This document shows positions 56,617-64,000 of a stretch of 64,000 nt of DNA, one piece after another; the first letter of the stretch is position 1, and the number at the start of each line of letters is the position of its first letter. The stretch comes from an uncultured Bacilli bacterium (GTDB lineage Bacteria; Bacillota_I; Bacilli_A; RF39; UBA660). The notes below the pieces were generated by a model. The model made no database searches. It was not told where the DNA came from and worked only from the letters and a program-made list of their open reading frames with translations. Both the position numbers and the translations under genes were made by a program. The stretch spans positions 68,631-132,630 of the forward strand of contig CALVOV010000001.1 of the NCBI GenBank assembly GCA_944350385.1. Reading direction: 5' to 3'.

Positions 56617-57405
56617 ATGGAAAATGAAGTTGATATTTCTGGAAAAATAAAATCATGGATTATAGTCGGTGTAGTTTCTTTAGTAACTTTTATATTAGTA
56701 TTTTTTGTAACCAATATGCTTGTTAATGGTAATAAAAAAGATGATGAAACAGAAACTCCTGTAGAAGAAAATGTCACATATGCAGCATATGCTGAAGGTG
56801 ATGCTGTGACATTAAAGAATGGTACAAAGTGGCATGTTTTATATGATAGTAAAAAAGACGAACAGTATATTACTTTATTAAGTGATGAAGATGTAAATGA
56901 TAGCGATGTTTTATATGGTAATGTTAATAGTTTTTTAAGAGGAACATATAAAACAAATTTAATTAAAACCCTAGTTTGTGATAGTGCAGATATTGTTGAA
57001 GTAAGACTTTTAGCATATTTAGATTTATCTACAATTGCAAAAGCTAATTCTTCAGAATTTTTACCTGGAGTTGATATAACTAAGTATGATATTCCAAAGT
57101 TTATCTATGCCAGTGAAACAGTTACTGATACAGTATATCAAACTGATAAAGCAAATAATCCAATAATGATTTGTTTTAAAGATTCGGCTAATGAATTAGA
57201 AGAATCAGGTGAAGAAACAAATAATGATGATGAGATGGAAGAAAATGTATCTACTGGTGAACATTTTTGTTTAGCTGATTCTACAAAAGTATTGCCAGTA
57301 AGACCTGTTATCATTGTTAGTAAGACGATACTAGATACTAAAGAAGATACAAGTAATAGTGAAAATACTAATACTTCAGATGAAAGTGAAGAAATGGCAA
57401 AATAA
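56617..57405 (+). CDS. Hypothetical N-terminally anchored protein with acidic tail
   Basis: ATG 6 nt after aggagg. TM helix WIIVGVVSLVTFILVFFV. Confidence 0.5.
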   Translation: MENEVDISGKIKSWIIVGVVSLVTFILVFFVTNMLVNGNKKDDETETPVEENVTYAAYAEGDAVTLKNGTKWHVLYDSKKDEQYITLLSDEDVNDSDVLYGNVNSFLRGTYKTNLIKTLVCDSADIVEVRLLAYLDLSTIAKANSSEFLPGVDITKYDIPKFIYASETVTDTVYQTDKANNPIMICFKDSANELEESGEETNNDDEMEENVSTGEHFCLADSTKVLPVRPVIIVSKTILDTKEDTSNSENTNTSDESEEMAK

Positions 57406-57412
57406 TTTAAAT

Positions 57413-57440
57413 AAAAAACTAACAAATGTTAGTTTTTTTG
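57413..57440 (+). terminator. Rho-independent terminator
   Basis: 11-bp stem aaaaaactaac/gttagtttttt with a 4-nt loop. It engulfs the only in-frame ATG (57426) of the next ORF. Confidence 0.75.
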
Positions 57441-58154
57441 TTTGTTTGTCGAAACGATAGAAAAAAATTTGAACTTATTTTATATTTAAAATGTAGTTTA
57501 GATAGGAGGAGAAGAAAAGTAGAGGGTGTATTAGAGTATGAAAATTTAGTTTATAGTATTGTCCATAAATATGGAAAAAATTATGATCTAGATGATTTAT
57601 ATCAAGTTGGGATGCTTGGTTTAGTAGAAGCTAGAAATAGTTTTGATGATAGCTTAAATGTTAAATTTTCTACTTATGCGTATTATTATATTATTGGAGA
57701 AATTACTAAATTTATTAGAGAAAGCAAAGCTGTTAAGATTAGTAAAGATATGGTTAAATTAAATAAAAGTATAAATAAGGCTGTGGAAGTTATGACACAA
57801 AAATTAGGAAGAAGTCCAACCACACTAGAACTATCATTGTTTTTGGATGTAGAAGAGGAAAAGATTAATGAAGTTTTAATTGCTGTTCAAGACGTACAAA
57901 GCTTAGATTTCTCTTATGAAGATGATGGTAATGACTTATATAATTTAGTAAGCGACAAAGAATCAATTAAAGATGAATTAATAGATCTTAAGGAAGAATT
58001 GAAAAAATTAAGCCCTGAGGAGAAAAAATTGATTGAAGCTAGATATTATCAAGATTTAACGCAGACAGAACTAAGTAAAAAAACTGGTATAAGCCAAGTA
58101 CAGATTTCTAGAAAGGAGAATAAGATTCTGCAAAAATTGAAAAAAAGATTATAA
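57426..58154 (+). CDS. sigF: Sporulation-type group-3 sigma-70 factor (SigF/SigG-like); start codon uncertain
   Basis: Region 2 DDLYQVGMLGLVEA...NVKFSTYAYYYIIGEI, regions 3-4, and HTH TQTELSKKTGISQVQISRKENKILQKL. Lies directly upstream of spoVAC-AD-AE. The conserved part begins near 57531. Confidence 0.65.
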   Translation: MLVFLFVCRNDRKKFELILYLKCSLDRRRRKVEGVLEYENLVYSIVHKYGKNYDLDDLYQVGMLGLVEARNSFDDSLNVKFSTYAYYYIIGEITKFIRESKAVKISKDMVKLNKSINKAVEVMTQKLGRSPTTLELSLFLDVEEEKINEVLIAVQDVQSLDFSYEDDGNDLYNLVSDKESIKDELIDLKEELKKLSPEEKKLIEARYYQDLTQTELSKKTGISQVQISRKENKILQKLKKRL

Positions 58155-58179
58155 CTTAAGAATATTCTTAAGTTTTTTT
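58153..58179 (+). terminator. Rho-independent terminator after the sigma gene
   Basis: Palindrome aacttaagaa/ttcttaagtt plus T7. Confidence 0.7.
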
Positions 58180-58205
58180 GTGCATAATTATTAATGGTGA
58201 TAGAT

Positions 58206-58643
58206 ATGAAAAATACAAAATATGATAGGATTGCAGATAAATATAAATCAAATCGTCATGTTACTAAGAATGCGATAATTGCTTTTATTACTGGTGGAAT
58301 TATGGGGATTATTGGTGAAGGACTTATTGAAATATATATATATTTATTTAATTTATCTAGACAAGCAGCATCTACTTATATGATTATTACAGTAATCTTT
58401 TTCGCTTCTTTGTTTACAGCATTAGGTTTTTTTGATAAGATGGTTGGTTTTTGTAAAAGTGGTTTGTTAATACCTATTACTGGTTTTGCCCATTCAATGA
58501 CTAGCGCATTTTTAGATTACAGAAAAGAGGGATTTGTTTATGGTATTGGTTCAAACGCCTTTAAGTTGGCTGGTACTGTTATTGTTTATGGAGTACTATC
58601 TGCTTGGTTTTTTGGAATGGTAAGATTTTTATTAGGAGGATGA
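58206..58643 (+). CDS. spoVAC: Stage V sporulation protein AC
   Basis: Aligns from memory with B. subtilis SpoVAC (AF..GG..C.IG......TGF......GF..G.G.N.FKLAG.VI.). Confidence 0.85.
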   Translation: MKNTKYDRIADKYKSNRHVTKNAIIAFITGGIMGIIGEGLIEIYIYLFNLSRQAASTYMIITVIFFASLFTALGFFDKMVGFCKSGLLIPITGFAHSMTSAFLDYRKEGFVYGIGSNAFKLAGTVIVYGVLSAWFFGMVRFLLGG

Positions 58644-58645
58644 TT

Positions 58646-59632
58646 ATGACTTTTAAATATAATAATGTTTATTTAAATGAAACTTCAACTGTTACTGGTC
58701 CAGTGGAAAAAGATGGACCTTTGAAAGGATATTTTGATAAAACATATGAAGACATGTATTTTGGAGAAAAATCTTTTGAATTGGGAGAAGTAAAGCTTGT
58801 CAAGGATGCTTTAGTTTTGTTACTTAGAAAAAGTGGTTTATTAAAGAATGAGATAGATTTAGTAGTTGGTGGAGATTTATTAAATCAAATAATTGCATCT
58901 ACTTATGGAACAAGCGGAGTTGGTAATTCTTTCATAGGTGTTTATGGCGCTTGTAGTAGTAGTGTATTAGGAATGATTATTGCTGCTAATTTTATAGAGG
59001 GAGAATTTATAAATAATGCTATTGTTGAAGTTTCTAGTCATAATAGTTCTTCAGAAAAACAATTTAGAAATCCTGTAGAGTATGGTGCTCCTAAACAAGA
59101 TAGTTGTACTTTTACTTCAACAGGAGCAGCTGCTTGCTTATTATCAAATGAAAGATCAAATGTACGTGTTGATTGTGCTACCTTAGGAAAAATTGTTGAT
59201 TATGAGCAAAGTAATGTTAATGATATGGGAAGAGTTATGGCTCCAGCTGTTTACGAAACCTTAAAAAGTCATTTTGAAGAAACAGGGAGAAAGCCGGATT
59301 ATTATGATTTGATTTTAAGTGGCGATTTAGGAAAATTTGGTAAAGAAATTATTGTAGATTATATGCGTACTAATGGTTATGATTTAGAAAATTATAATGA
59401 TTGTGGAGTTATGCTTTATGATTTAGAAAAGCAAAAAGAAGTTCGTGCTGGTGGATCTGGTCCAGTTTGTAGTGCCTTAGTAAGCTATGGTTATATTTTT
59501 GAACAATTAAAGAAGAAAAAATTAAATAAAGTTTTAGTTGTCGCAACAGGTGCTTTATTTTCACCAACTTCTATTCATCAAGGACAAGATATTAATTCTA
59601 TTGCTCATGCAATAAGTTTGGAGGCGATTTGA
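58646..59632 (+). CDS. spoVAD: Stage V sporulation protein AD
   Basis: Thiolase/KAS-like fold with VYGACSSSVLGM. ATG 5 nt after aggagga. Confidence 0.88.
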   Translation: MTFKYNNVYLNETSTVTGPVEKDGPLKGYFDKTYEDMYFGEKSFELGEVKLVKDALVLLLRKSGLLKNEIDLVVGGDLLNQIIASTYGTSGVGNSFIGVYGACSSSVLGMIIAANFIEGEFINNAIVEVSSHNSSSEKQFRNPVEYGAPKQDSCTFTSTGAAACLLSNERSNVRVDCATLGKIVDYEQSNVNDMGRVMAPAVYETLKSHFEETGRKPDYYDLILSGDLGKFGKEIIVDYMRTNGYDLENYNDCGVMLYDLEKQKEVRAGGSGPVCSALVSYGYIFEQLKKKKLNKVLVVATGALFSPTSIHQGQDINSIAHAISLEAI

Positions 59633-59982
59633 TGTTACTTTTAAAATCATTCTTATTTTGTGGTTTTGTTTGTTTAATCGCTCAATTAATTCTTGATCAT
59701 ACTGATTGGTCTCCTGGACATGTAACTTCTTTATTTGTTATTTTAGGAGCTCTTTTAGATTTTTTTGGAATATATGATTTTTTAATAGAATTTGTAGGAG
59801 GGGGAGCACTATTACCAATTACTAGTTTTGGTCATTCATTAATTCATGGAGCTTTGGCTAAAACAGAGACTTATGGTTTTATTGGAATTATGATGGGAAT
59901 ATTTGATTTAACAGCAGCTGGTATTACTGCAGCGATTATATTTTCATTTCTATTTAGTTTGGTATTTAAACCAAAGCATTAA
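59632..59982 (+). CDS. spoVAE: Stage V sporulation protein AE (SpoVAEB-like)
   Basis: 116-aa membrane protein paralogous to SpoVAC (LPITSFGHSL). TGATG overlap with spoVAD. Confidence 0.8.
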   Translation: MLLLKSFLFCGFVCLIAQLILDHTDWSPGHVTSLFVILGALLDFFGIYDFLIEFVGGGALLPITSFGHSLIHGALAKTETYGFIGIMMGIFDLTAAGITAAIIFSFLFSLVFKPKH

Positions 59983-60014
59983 AAAAGTACTAATATTTAT
60001 TTAGTACTTTTTTT
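59981..60014. terminator. Bidirectional rho-independent terminator
   Basis: 13-bp stem aaaaaagtactaa/ttagtactttttt between convergent genes. Confidence 0.8.
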
Positions 60015-60315
60015 AATCTACTTTAGAAATTTTAATTATTTCTGACATATCATCATCTTTTGCCATAATATTTTTATGTTCTTGATGACACTTTTCACAT
60101 TTATAAATTATTTTATAGGTATCTTTAAATTTTTCTATTCCTATAGGCTTTAATAATCCTTTACATTCATTTTGTCTATCTCCAGGGTTAATATCAACAT
60201 GTTTTGAGTATAGACAATATGGACAATGGTCTCTAGCGGTATATCCCAAAGCTGTTACTTTTCTATGACATTTTTCACATGTAAAATCTTCATCAAGCAT
60301 ATTAAATCTTTTCAT
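60013..60315 (-). CDS. RNHCP-domain zinc-binding protein
   Basis: CEKCH...ARDHCPYCLYSKH...CEKCH pattern. Confidence 0.7.
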   Translation of the reverse strand: MKRFNMLDEDFTCEKCHRKVTALGYTARDHCPYCLYSKHVDINPGDRQNECKGLLKPIGIEKFKDTYKIIYKCEKCHQEHKNIMAKDDDMSEIIKISKVD

Positions 60316-60405
60316 GATATCTTCCTTCTTTATTTATTTAAGTTAATTATTTCTATTATAACATATTTTAGTATGATATAATTAATTGTAGTTCGGAGTG
60401 GTAGA

Positions 60406-61134
60406 ATGAATATTGAATTTAAGATTAATGAGTTTGAAGGACCTTTAGATTTATTGCTTCATTTGATTAAAGAATCTAAAATGGATATTATGAATATTGA
60501 GATTGAAAAAATCAGTGAACAATATATGGCATATTTAGATTCACAAGAAAAAATGAATTTAGAGATTGCTTCTGAATATTTAGTTCTAGCATCAGAGCTT
60601 ATTGAGATAAAATCTAAATTACTTTTACCTAATGTTAAAGTTGAACATGATGGTGAAGAAGTTACTGAAGATCCTCGAGATGAATTAGTTAAAAGATTAT
60701 TAGAATATCAAGCATATAAAGAAATAACTAAAGTTTTACATGAAAAAGAAGAAATAAGAAGTATGATTTATACTAAAACTCCAGAAAATTTTGCTAATTA
60801 TAGTGATGGGAAAGTTGAAGTTAAAGTTACTTATGAAGTTGAGGATTTAGTTAATGCTTTAAAAAACTATTTAGCAAGAAAAAAAGATAGTAAACCTTTT
60901 AGTACTAAGGTTACCATTAATGAAATTAGTGTTTCTTCTAGACGACATGATATTAAAAATATTTTAAAAAATAAGCGAAGAATTTCTTTTTTTGAGTTAT
61001 TTCCTGTTGCCTCTAAAGAATATATAGTAGCAACGTTTTTGGCTATTCTGGAGATGGCTAAATCTAGTGAATTAATTATTAAGCAGGAAGATAGTTTTGG
61101 TGAAATAATTTGTGAGGTGATTGATGATGAATAA
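60406..61134 (+). CDS. scpA: Segregation and condensation protein A
   Basis: EFEGPLDLLLHLIKE at the N-terminus. TGaTATAAT at 60374-60382. Confidence 0.9.
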   Translation: MNIEFKINEFEGPLDLLLHLIKESKMDIMNIEIEKISEQYMAYLDSQEKMNLEIASEYLVLASELIEIKSKLLLPNVKVEHDGEEVTEDPRDELVKRLLEYQAYKEITKVLHEKEEIRSMIYTKTPENFANYSDGKVEVKVTYEVEDLVNALKNYLARKKDSKPFSTKVTINEISVSSRRHDIKNILKNKRRISFFELFPVASKEYIVATFLAILEMAKSSELIIKQEDSFGEIICEVIDDE

Positions 61135-61696
61135 GAAAGCTATATTGGAAGGATTACTCTTTGTAGTTGGTGAAGATGGCTTAACTTTGGATCAAATAGA
61201 AGAAGTATTAGATATTAATGAAGATGAATCGCATGAATTATTGACGGAATTAAAAAATGATTATTTAAGTGAAAATCGTGGTATTAGAATAGATTTTTTA
61301 GGTAATAGATTTAAGTTAACTACTAAGAGTGAACATCGTGAATATTATCAAAAATTGATTGAAAATCCTGAGACTAATGTTCTTAGCCAAGCTGCTTTGG
61401 AGACTTTAGCAATTATCGCTTATAATGCACCAATTACACGTGTTCAAATAGATTCTATGCGTGGAGTAAGTAGTGTTTCAATACTAAGAAAATTATTAGC
61501 TAAGGGATTTATTAAGGAAGTTGGAAGAAGTGAATTGCCTGGTAGACCAATATTATATGATACTACTTCTGAATTTTTAGATTATTTTGGACTTTCTACT
61601 AAAGATGATTTACCATGTGTAGATGATTTTATTGAAGAATCTGAAGATGATGAGGATAAAGATTTATATACTTCTAAGTATCAAGAGGAAAAATAG
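61127..61696 (+). CDS. scpB: Segregation and condensation protein B
   Basis: ILEGLLFVVGEDGLTL, two winged-helix halves, and GRPILY.TT.EFL. Overlaps scpA. Confidence 0.9.
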   Translation: MNKKAILEGLLFVVGEDGLTLDQIEEVLDINEDESHELLTELKNDYLSENRGIRIDFLGNRFKLTTKSEHREYYQKLIENPETNVLSQAALETLAIIAYNAPITRVQIDSMRGVSSVSILRKLLAKGFIKEVGRSELPGRPILYDTTSEFLDYFGLSTKDDLPCVDDFIEESEDDEDKDLYTSKYQEEK

Positions 61697-61737
61697 TTAA
61701 ATTTATAAAATTTTTTTAATAAATTAGTATTTTTATA

Positions 61738-61765
61738 TTGGTTTTTATTTAAAATGTGTTATAAT
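61738..61765 (+). promoter_or_regulatory. Promoter of tRNA-Leu
   Basis: TTGGTT, 16-nt spacer, TGtTATAAT, ending 8 nt before the tRNA 5' end. Confidence 0.5.
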
Positions 61766-61773
61766 TTACCTAT

Positions 61774-61859
61774 GCATGTGTGGCGGAATGGTAGACGCGG
61801 TGGACTCAAAATCCACAGTAGGCAACTATGTATGGGTTCAAGTCCCTTCACATGCACCA
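61774..61859 (+). tRNA. tRNA-Leu (anticodon CAA)
   Basis: 7-bp acceptor stem gcatgtg/cacatgc, anticodon loop ctCAAaa (61807-61809), long variable arm with a GCAA loop, TTCAAGT T-loop and encoded CCA. One U-U mismatch in the T stem. Confidence 0.92.
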
Positions 61860-61895
61860 AATTGATTTCAACGATATTTATTCGTCATAATATAA

Positions 61896-61923
61896 ACTAA
61901 CTAGAAATAGTTAGTATTTTTTT
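61896..61923 (+). terminator. Rho-independent terminator after the tRNA
   Basis: 8-bp stem actaacta/tagttagt, GAAA loop, T-run. Confidence 0.75.
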
Positions 61924-61993
61924 ACTCATCTTTACCTTTTACTTGTAATATCTGGAAAAATGATTATAATAAGAGGCATTTAGAGGTGATTAC

Positions 61994-62845
61994 ATGAGTG
62001 TTATTACAATTTTAATTTATTGTTTAGTTGGTTTTATCTTTTTTACTTTGCTTTATTTTTTAAGACATAAGTATAAAATAAGTAGATTATATAATACTTT
62101 GTTTTCTATTTTCTTATTAGTTATAACTGCTACTATTTTTAATTATTTAAAATTAGATTATTTGAATGAAAATATCTTTTTAATTTTTTTGTTTCAATTT
62201 ATTTTTGATTTTATGTATACTACTTATATTTTAGAAGAAGACTTCTTTATTAAAAATGAAGCTAATTTATTATATTATTTACTTTTAATTTTCTTTGGCG
62301 TATTTTTAAATAATGTTTTTATCAATAAAGTTGATCAGATATTTTTAACTGGAGAAGAATTTAGATTATTAGTATGGACTTTCTTATTTATATTTATTTA
62401 TAAATTTATTAAGGAAGAAAAAATATTTGAAAATAGTTATCATACTAATAAGTTATTAGATGAGGGTAATGTTTTGACAATGTTTACTAAATTGAGAAGA
62501 CGTTATCTAAATGATATTATGGTAAATGATTTACAATTAAAATTAGCAATTTATTCTATTATGATTGTTAATAATAGTAAGCGTAGTCCGATTTTACGCT
62601 ATTTTGATAATATAATTTTTAGAATAACAGGAAGAAAAAGAAAACTTGGAATAATGCAGATAGAATCAAAAACTTTTATTACGGATATTGAGAGTATTGA
62701 TTTAGTTACAAAAGATATAAAAAAATTGATTGGTAAAAAGAGTGGATCTGGTACTTATGAGTCTGCTTTGAGTACATATATGGGTGATAATAATTTAGAA
62801 GTATTAGAAGTGTATAATATTCTTAAGAATTTCTTTAAAATTTAG
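61994..62845 (+). CDS. Hypothetical polytopic membrane protein with soluble C-terminal domain
   Basis: About five hydrophobic helices followed by a ~130-aa domain containing LGIMQIES. Confidence 0.5.
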   Translation: MSVITILIYCLVGFIFFTLLYFLRHKYKISRLYNTLFSIFLLVITATIFNYLKLDYLNENIFLIFLFQFIFDFMYTTYILEEDFFIKNEANLLYYLLLIFFGVFLNNVFINKVDQIFLTGEEFRLLVWTFLFIFIYKFIKEEKIFENSYHTNKLLDEGNVLTMFTKLRRRYLNDIMVNDLQLKLAIYSIMIVNNSKRSPILRYFDNIIFRITGRKRKLGIMQIESKTFITDIESIDLVTKDIKKLIGKKSGSGTYESALSTYMGDNNLEVLEVYNILKNFFKI

Positions 62846-62886
62846 TGTAGGTATGATATATTTTATATGAAGATAAGGTGGTACTT

Positions 62887-63711
62887 ATGAAAAGAGTAAA
62901 ATATATCATACTTTTTATTTTTATTTTTATTTGTATTGGTTGTAGCTATAAATATGGTTCATCAATAAGAAATATTAGACATAGTGGATTTAATCTTTCT
63001 AAAAGTGAATTTGTTTGTGATGTGATTGCTACAGAAGATGAAATAAAAGATCCAGTTAAATTTTACGTTGGTAATTATTTAATCACTGAGAGTGGTAATA
63101 TTTATGAAACTAATTTGAGTAAAGTATATTCTAATGATATGAATTGTAAAAAGCCAGATTTTGATGTTTCGATAAAAGCAATTTTTGATTTATCTATTTT
63201 AAAAGGGACGGATAATAAATATTATTATGTTGGTGGTACAAATAATGTAGCTGCTTTTTCAGAAGTTTCTACTAATGATGAAGATTATGTTTTATATGAT
63301 TTATTATTAAAAGAAGATGATGTTTTGAAAGCTAGTACAATAAATGCTAAAGATGGCACTTATTATGTATTAAAAGAAGATGGAAATATTTATCAATATA
63401 CAATTATTAAGGAGAATGAAGTTTATAAGTTGATAAATTCTTTCTTATTATATGATAGTTCTGATTATGATTCTAAAATATTAGATTTTAATTATAATGG
63501 TTCTAGTACAACTACATTTGTAAAGACTGAAAAGAGTTATTATAGGATGCAGGTTACGAATAGTGAAGAATGTTACAAGTATGCTGATGTTGCTTGTAAA
63601 TATGAAATGTTAAAAGATGAAAAATTAACTGAAGAAAAAGATAGAATAATGGCCTATAGTGGTAGTACACTAATTACTAATTATGGTAGAGTTTTTAATG
63701 TTAATAATTAA
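62887..63711 (+). CDS. Putative lipoprotein
   Basis: Signal peptide ending in a lipobox-like ICIGC. Repeated GNIY..T/Q strands suggest a beta-propeller-like fold. Confidence 0.55.
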   Translation: MKRVKYIILFIFIFICIGCSYKYGSSIRNIRHSGFNLSKSEFVCDVIATEDEIKDPVKFYVGNYLITESGNIYETNLSKVYSNDMNCKKPDFDVSIKAIFDLSILKGTDNKYYYVGGTNNVAAFSEVSTNDEDYVLYDLLLKEDDVLKASTINAKDGTYYVLKEDGNIYQYTIIKENEVYKLINSFLLYDSSDYDSKILDFNYNGSSTTTFVKTEKSYYRMQVTNSEECYKYADVACKYEMLKDEKLTEEKDRIMAYSGSTLITNYGRVFNVNN

Positions 63712-63786
63712 AAGCTCTTTTTCTTTCATATAACCTATGGTATAATATGGTTACTTTAAGTCCTATTATTACTAGGGGGAATATAT

Positions 63787-64000
63787 ATGTATATATTAGG
63801 AGAATTGGATAAAGTAAATAATAGTTATCGAAGAAAAGTTGGTTTAGAAAATATAAAAAATGTTAATGAAGTTATTAATAAATTTGAAAATATTATGCTT
63901 TTTAATTATTCATTACCAGAAAAGTATTTAAAGTTAGGGCAATTAAAACATAAATATAAAAAAATAGATAGTGTTATGGTAGATTCTTATTTTAACAATT
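63787..64000 (+). CDS. Hypothetical protein, 5' part only (runs off the window)
   Basis: ATG 6 nt after aggggga, with TGgTATAAT at 63738-63746. The frame stays open to the window end. Confidence 0.4.
   Translation, partial: MYILGELDKVNNSYRRKVGLENIKNVNEVINKFENIMLFNYSLPEKYLKLGQLKHKYKKIDSVMVDSYFNN

Noticed and set aside
29185-57425. Remaining short track ORFs: 29185-29379(-), 30403-30603(+), 33227-33451(-), 41139-41372(+), 41613-41831(+), 46368-46682(-), 48844-49029(-), 54579-54812(-), 56088-56480(-), 57138-57425(-)
   Set aside because: Each lies wholly inside, antisense to, or out of frame with a gene that has strong motif support (ydjI-like, NUDIX, pilin-like, fmt, prpC, tex, etc.), or spans an intergenic promoter region. 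None has a plausible RBS or motif.
1-64000. Possibility of a Mollicutes-type genetic code (TGA = Trp), given the extreme AT content
   Set aside because: TGA terminates conserved genes at their expected C-termini (uppS at 37310-37312, spoVAC at 58641-58643, prpC at 49495-49497, spoVAD at 59630-59632). Trp is encoded by TGG throughout. Sporulation genes also argue against Mollicutes.

Overview
This is a very AT-rich 64-kb chromosomal segment (by eye well under one-third G+C). Coding is almost entirely on the plus strand; only two genes are on the minus strand. It looks like an anaerobic, endospore-forming Bacillota (Firmicutes) genome: it carries spoVS, a true cotE, a SigF/SigG-type sigma factor, spoVAC-AD-AE, a PASTA Ser/Thr kinase and desulfoferrodoxin. 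The genetic code is standard, with TGA as a stop and Trp encoded by TGG. The housekeeping backbone, recognised from motifs, is: DD-carboxypeptidase, dfx, T-box-controlled serS, miaB-ymcA...cotE (Bacillus-like synteny), rpsP-KH protein, uppS-cdsA-rseP, priA...fmt...rlmN-prpC-prkC-rsgA-rpe, tex, scpA-scpB and tRNA-Leu(CAA). Accessory or poorly understood content is interspersed: (1) a putative 5-gene operon of two paralogous zinc-ribbon membrane proteins, an ABC ATPase and permease, and a SWIM protein; (2) an acidic tandem-repeat protein ending in an SGNH-fold domain with every catalytic residue replaced; (3) a decayed mobile-element remnant downstream of serS, consisting of a MerR gene with two frameshifts and a TM-less T4CP-like ATPase split at an A7 tract; (4) a 3,260-aa surface protein with FN3-like repeats, a glycine-rich ALK/LTK-type domain and three GLUG beta-helix modules, a TM helix at each end, and a translationally coupled small partner gene; (5) a ydjG-ydjH-ydjI-like module (zinc-ribbon, TPM and SPFH proteins) without pspA; (6) an orphan 852-aa protein with a type IV prepilin signal fused to Listeria-Bacteroides repeats; (7) an isolated, N-terminally short sporulation sigma gene with no canonical start codon after its RBS and no spoIIAA/spoIIAB. 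I recognised no rRNA, CRISPR array, intact transposase or integrase, or prophage. All family assignments come from reading motifs in the translations. No database search was run, so they need HMM or BLAST confirmation.
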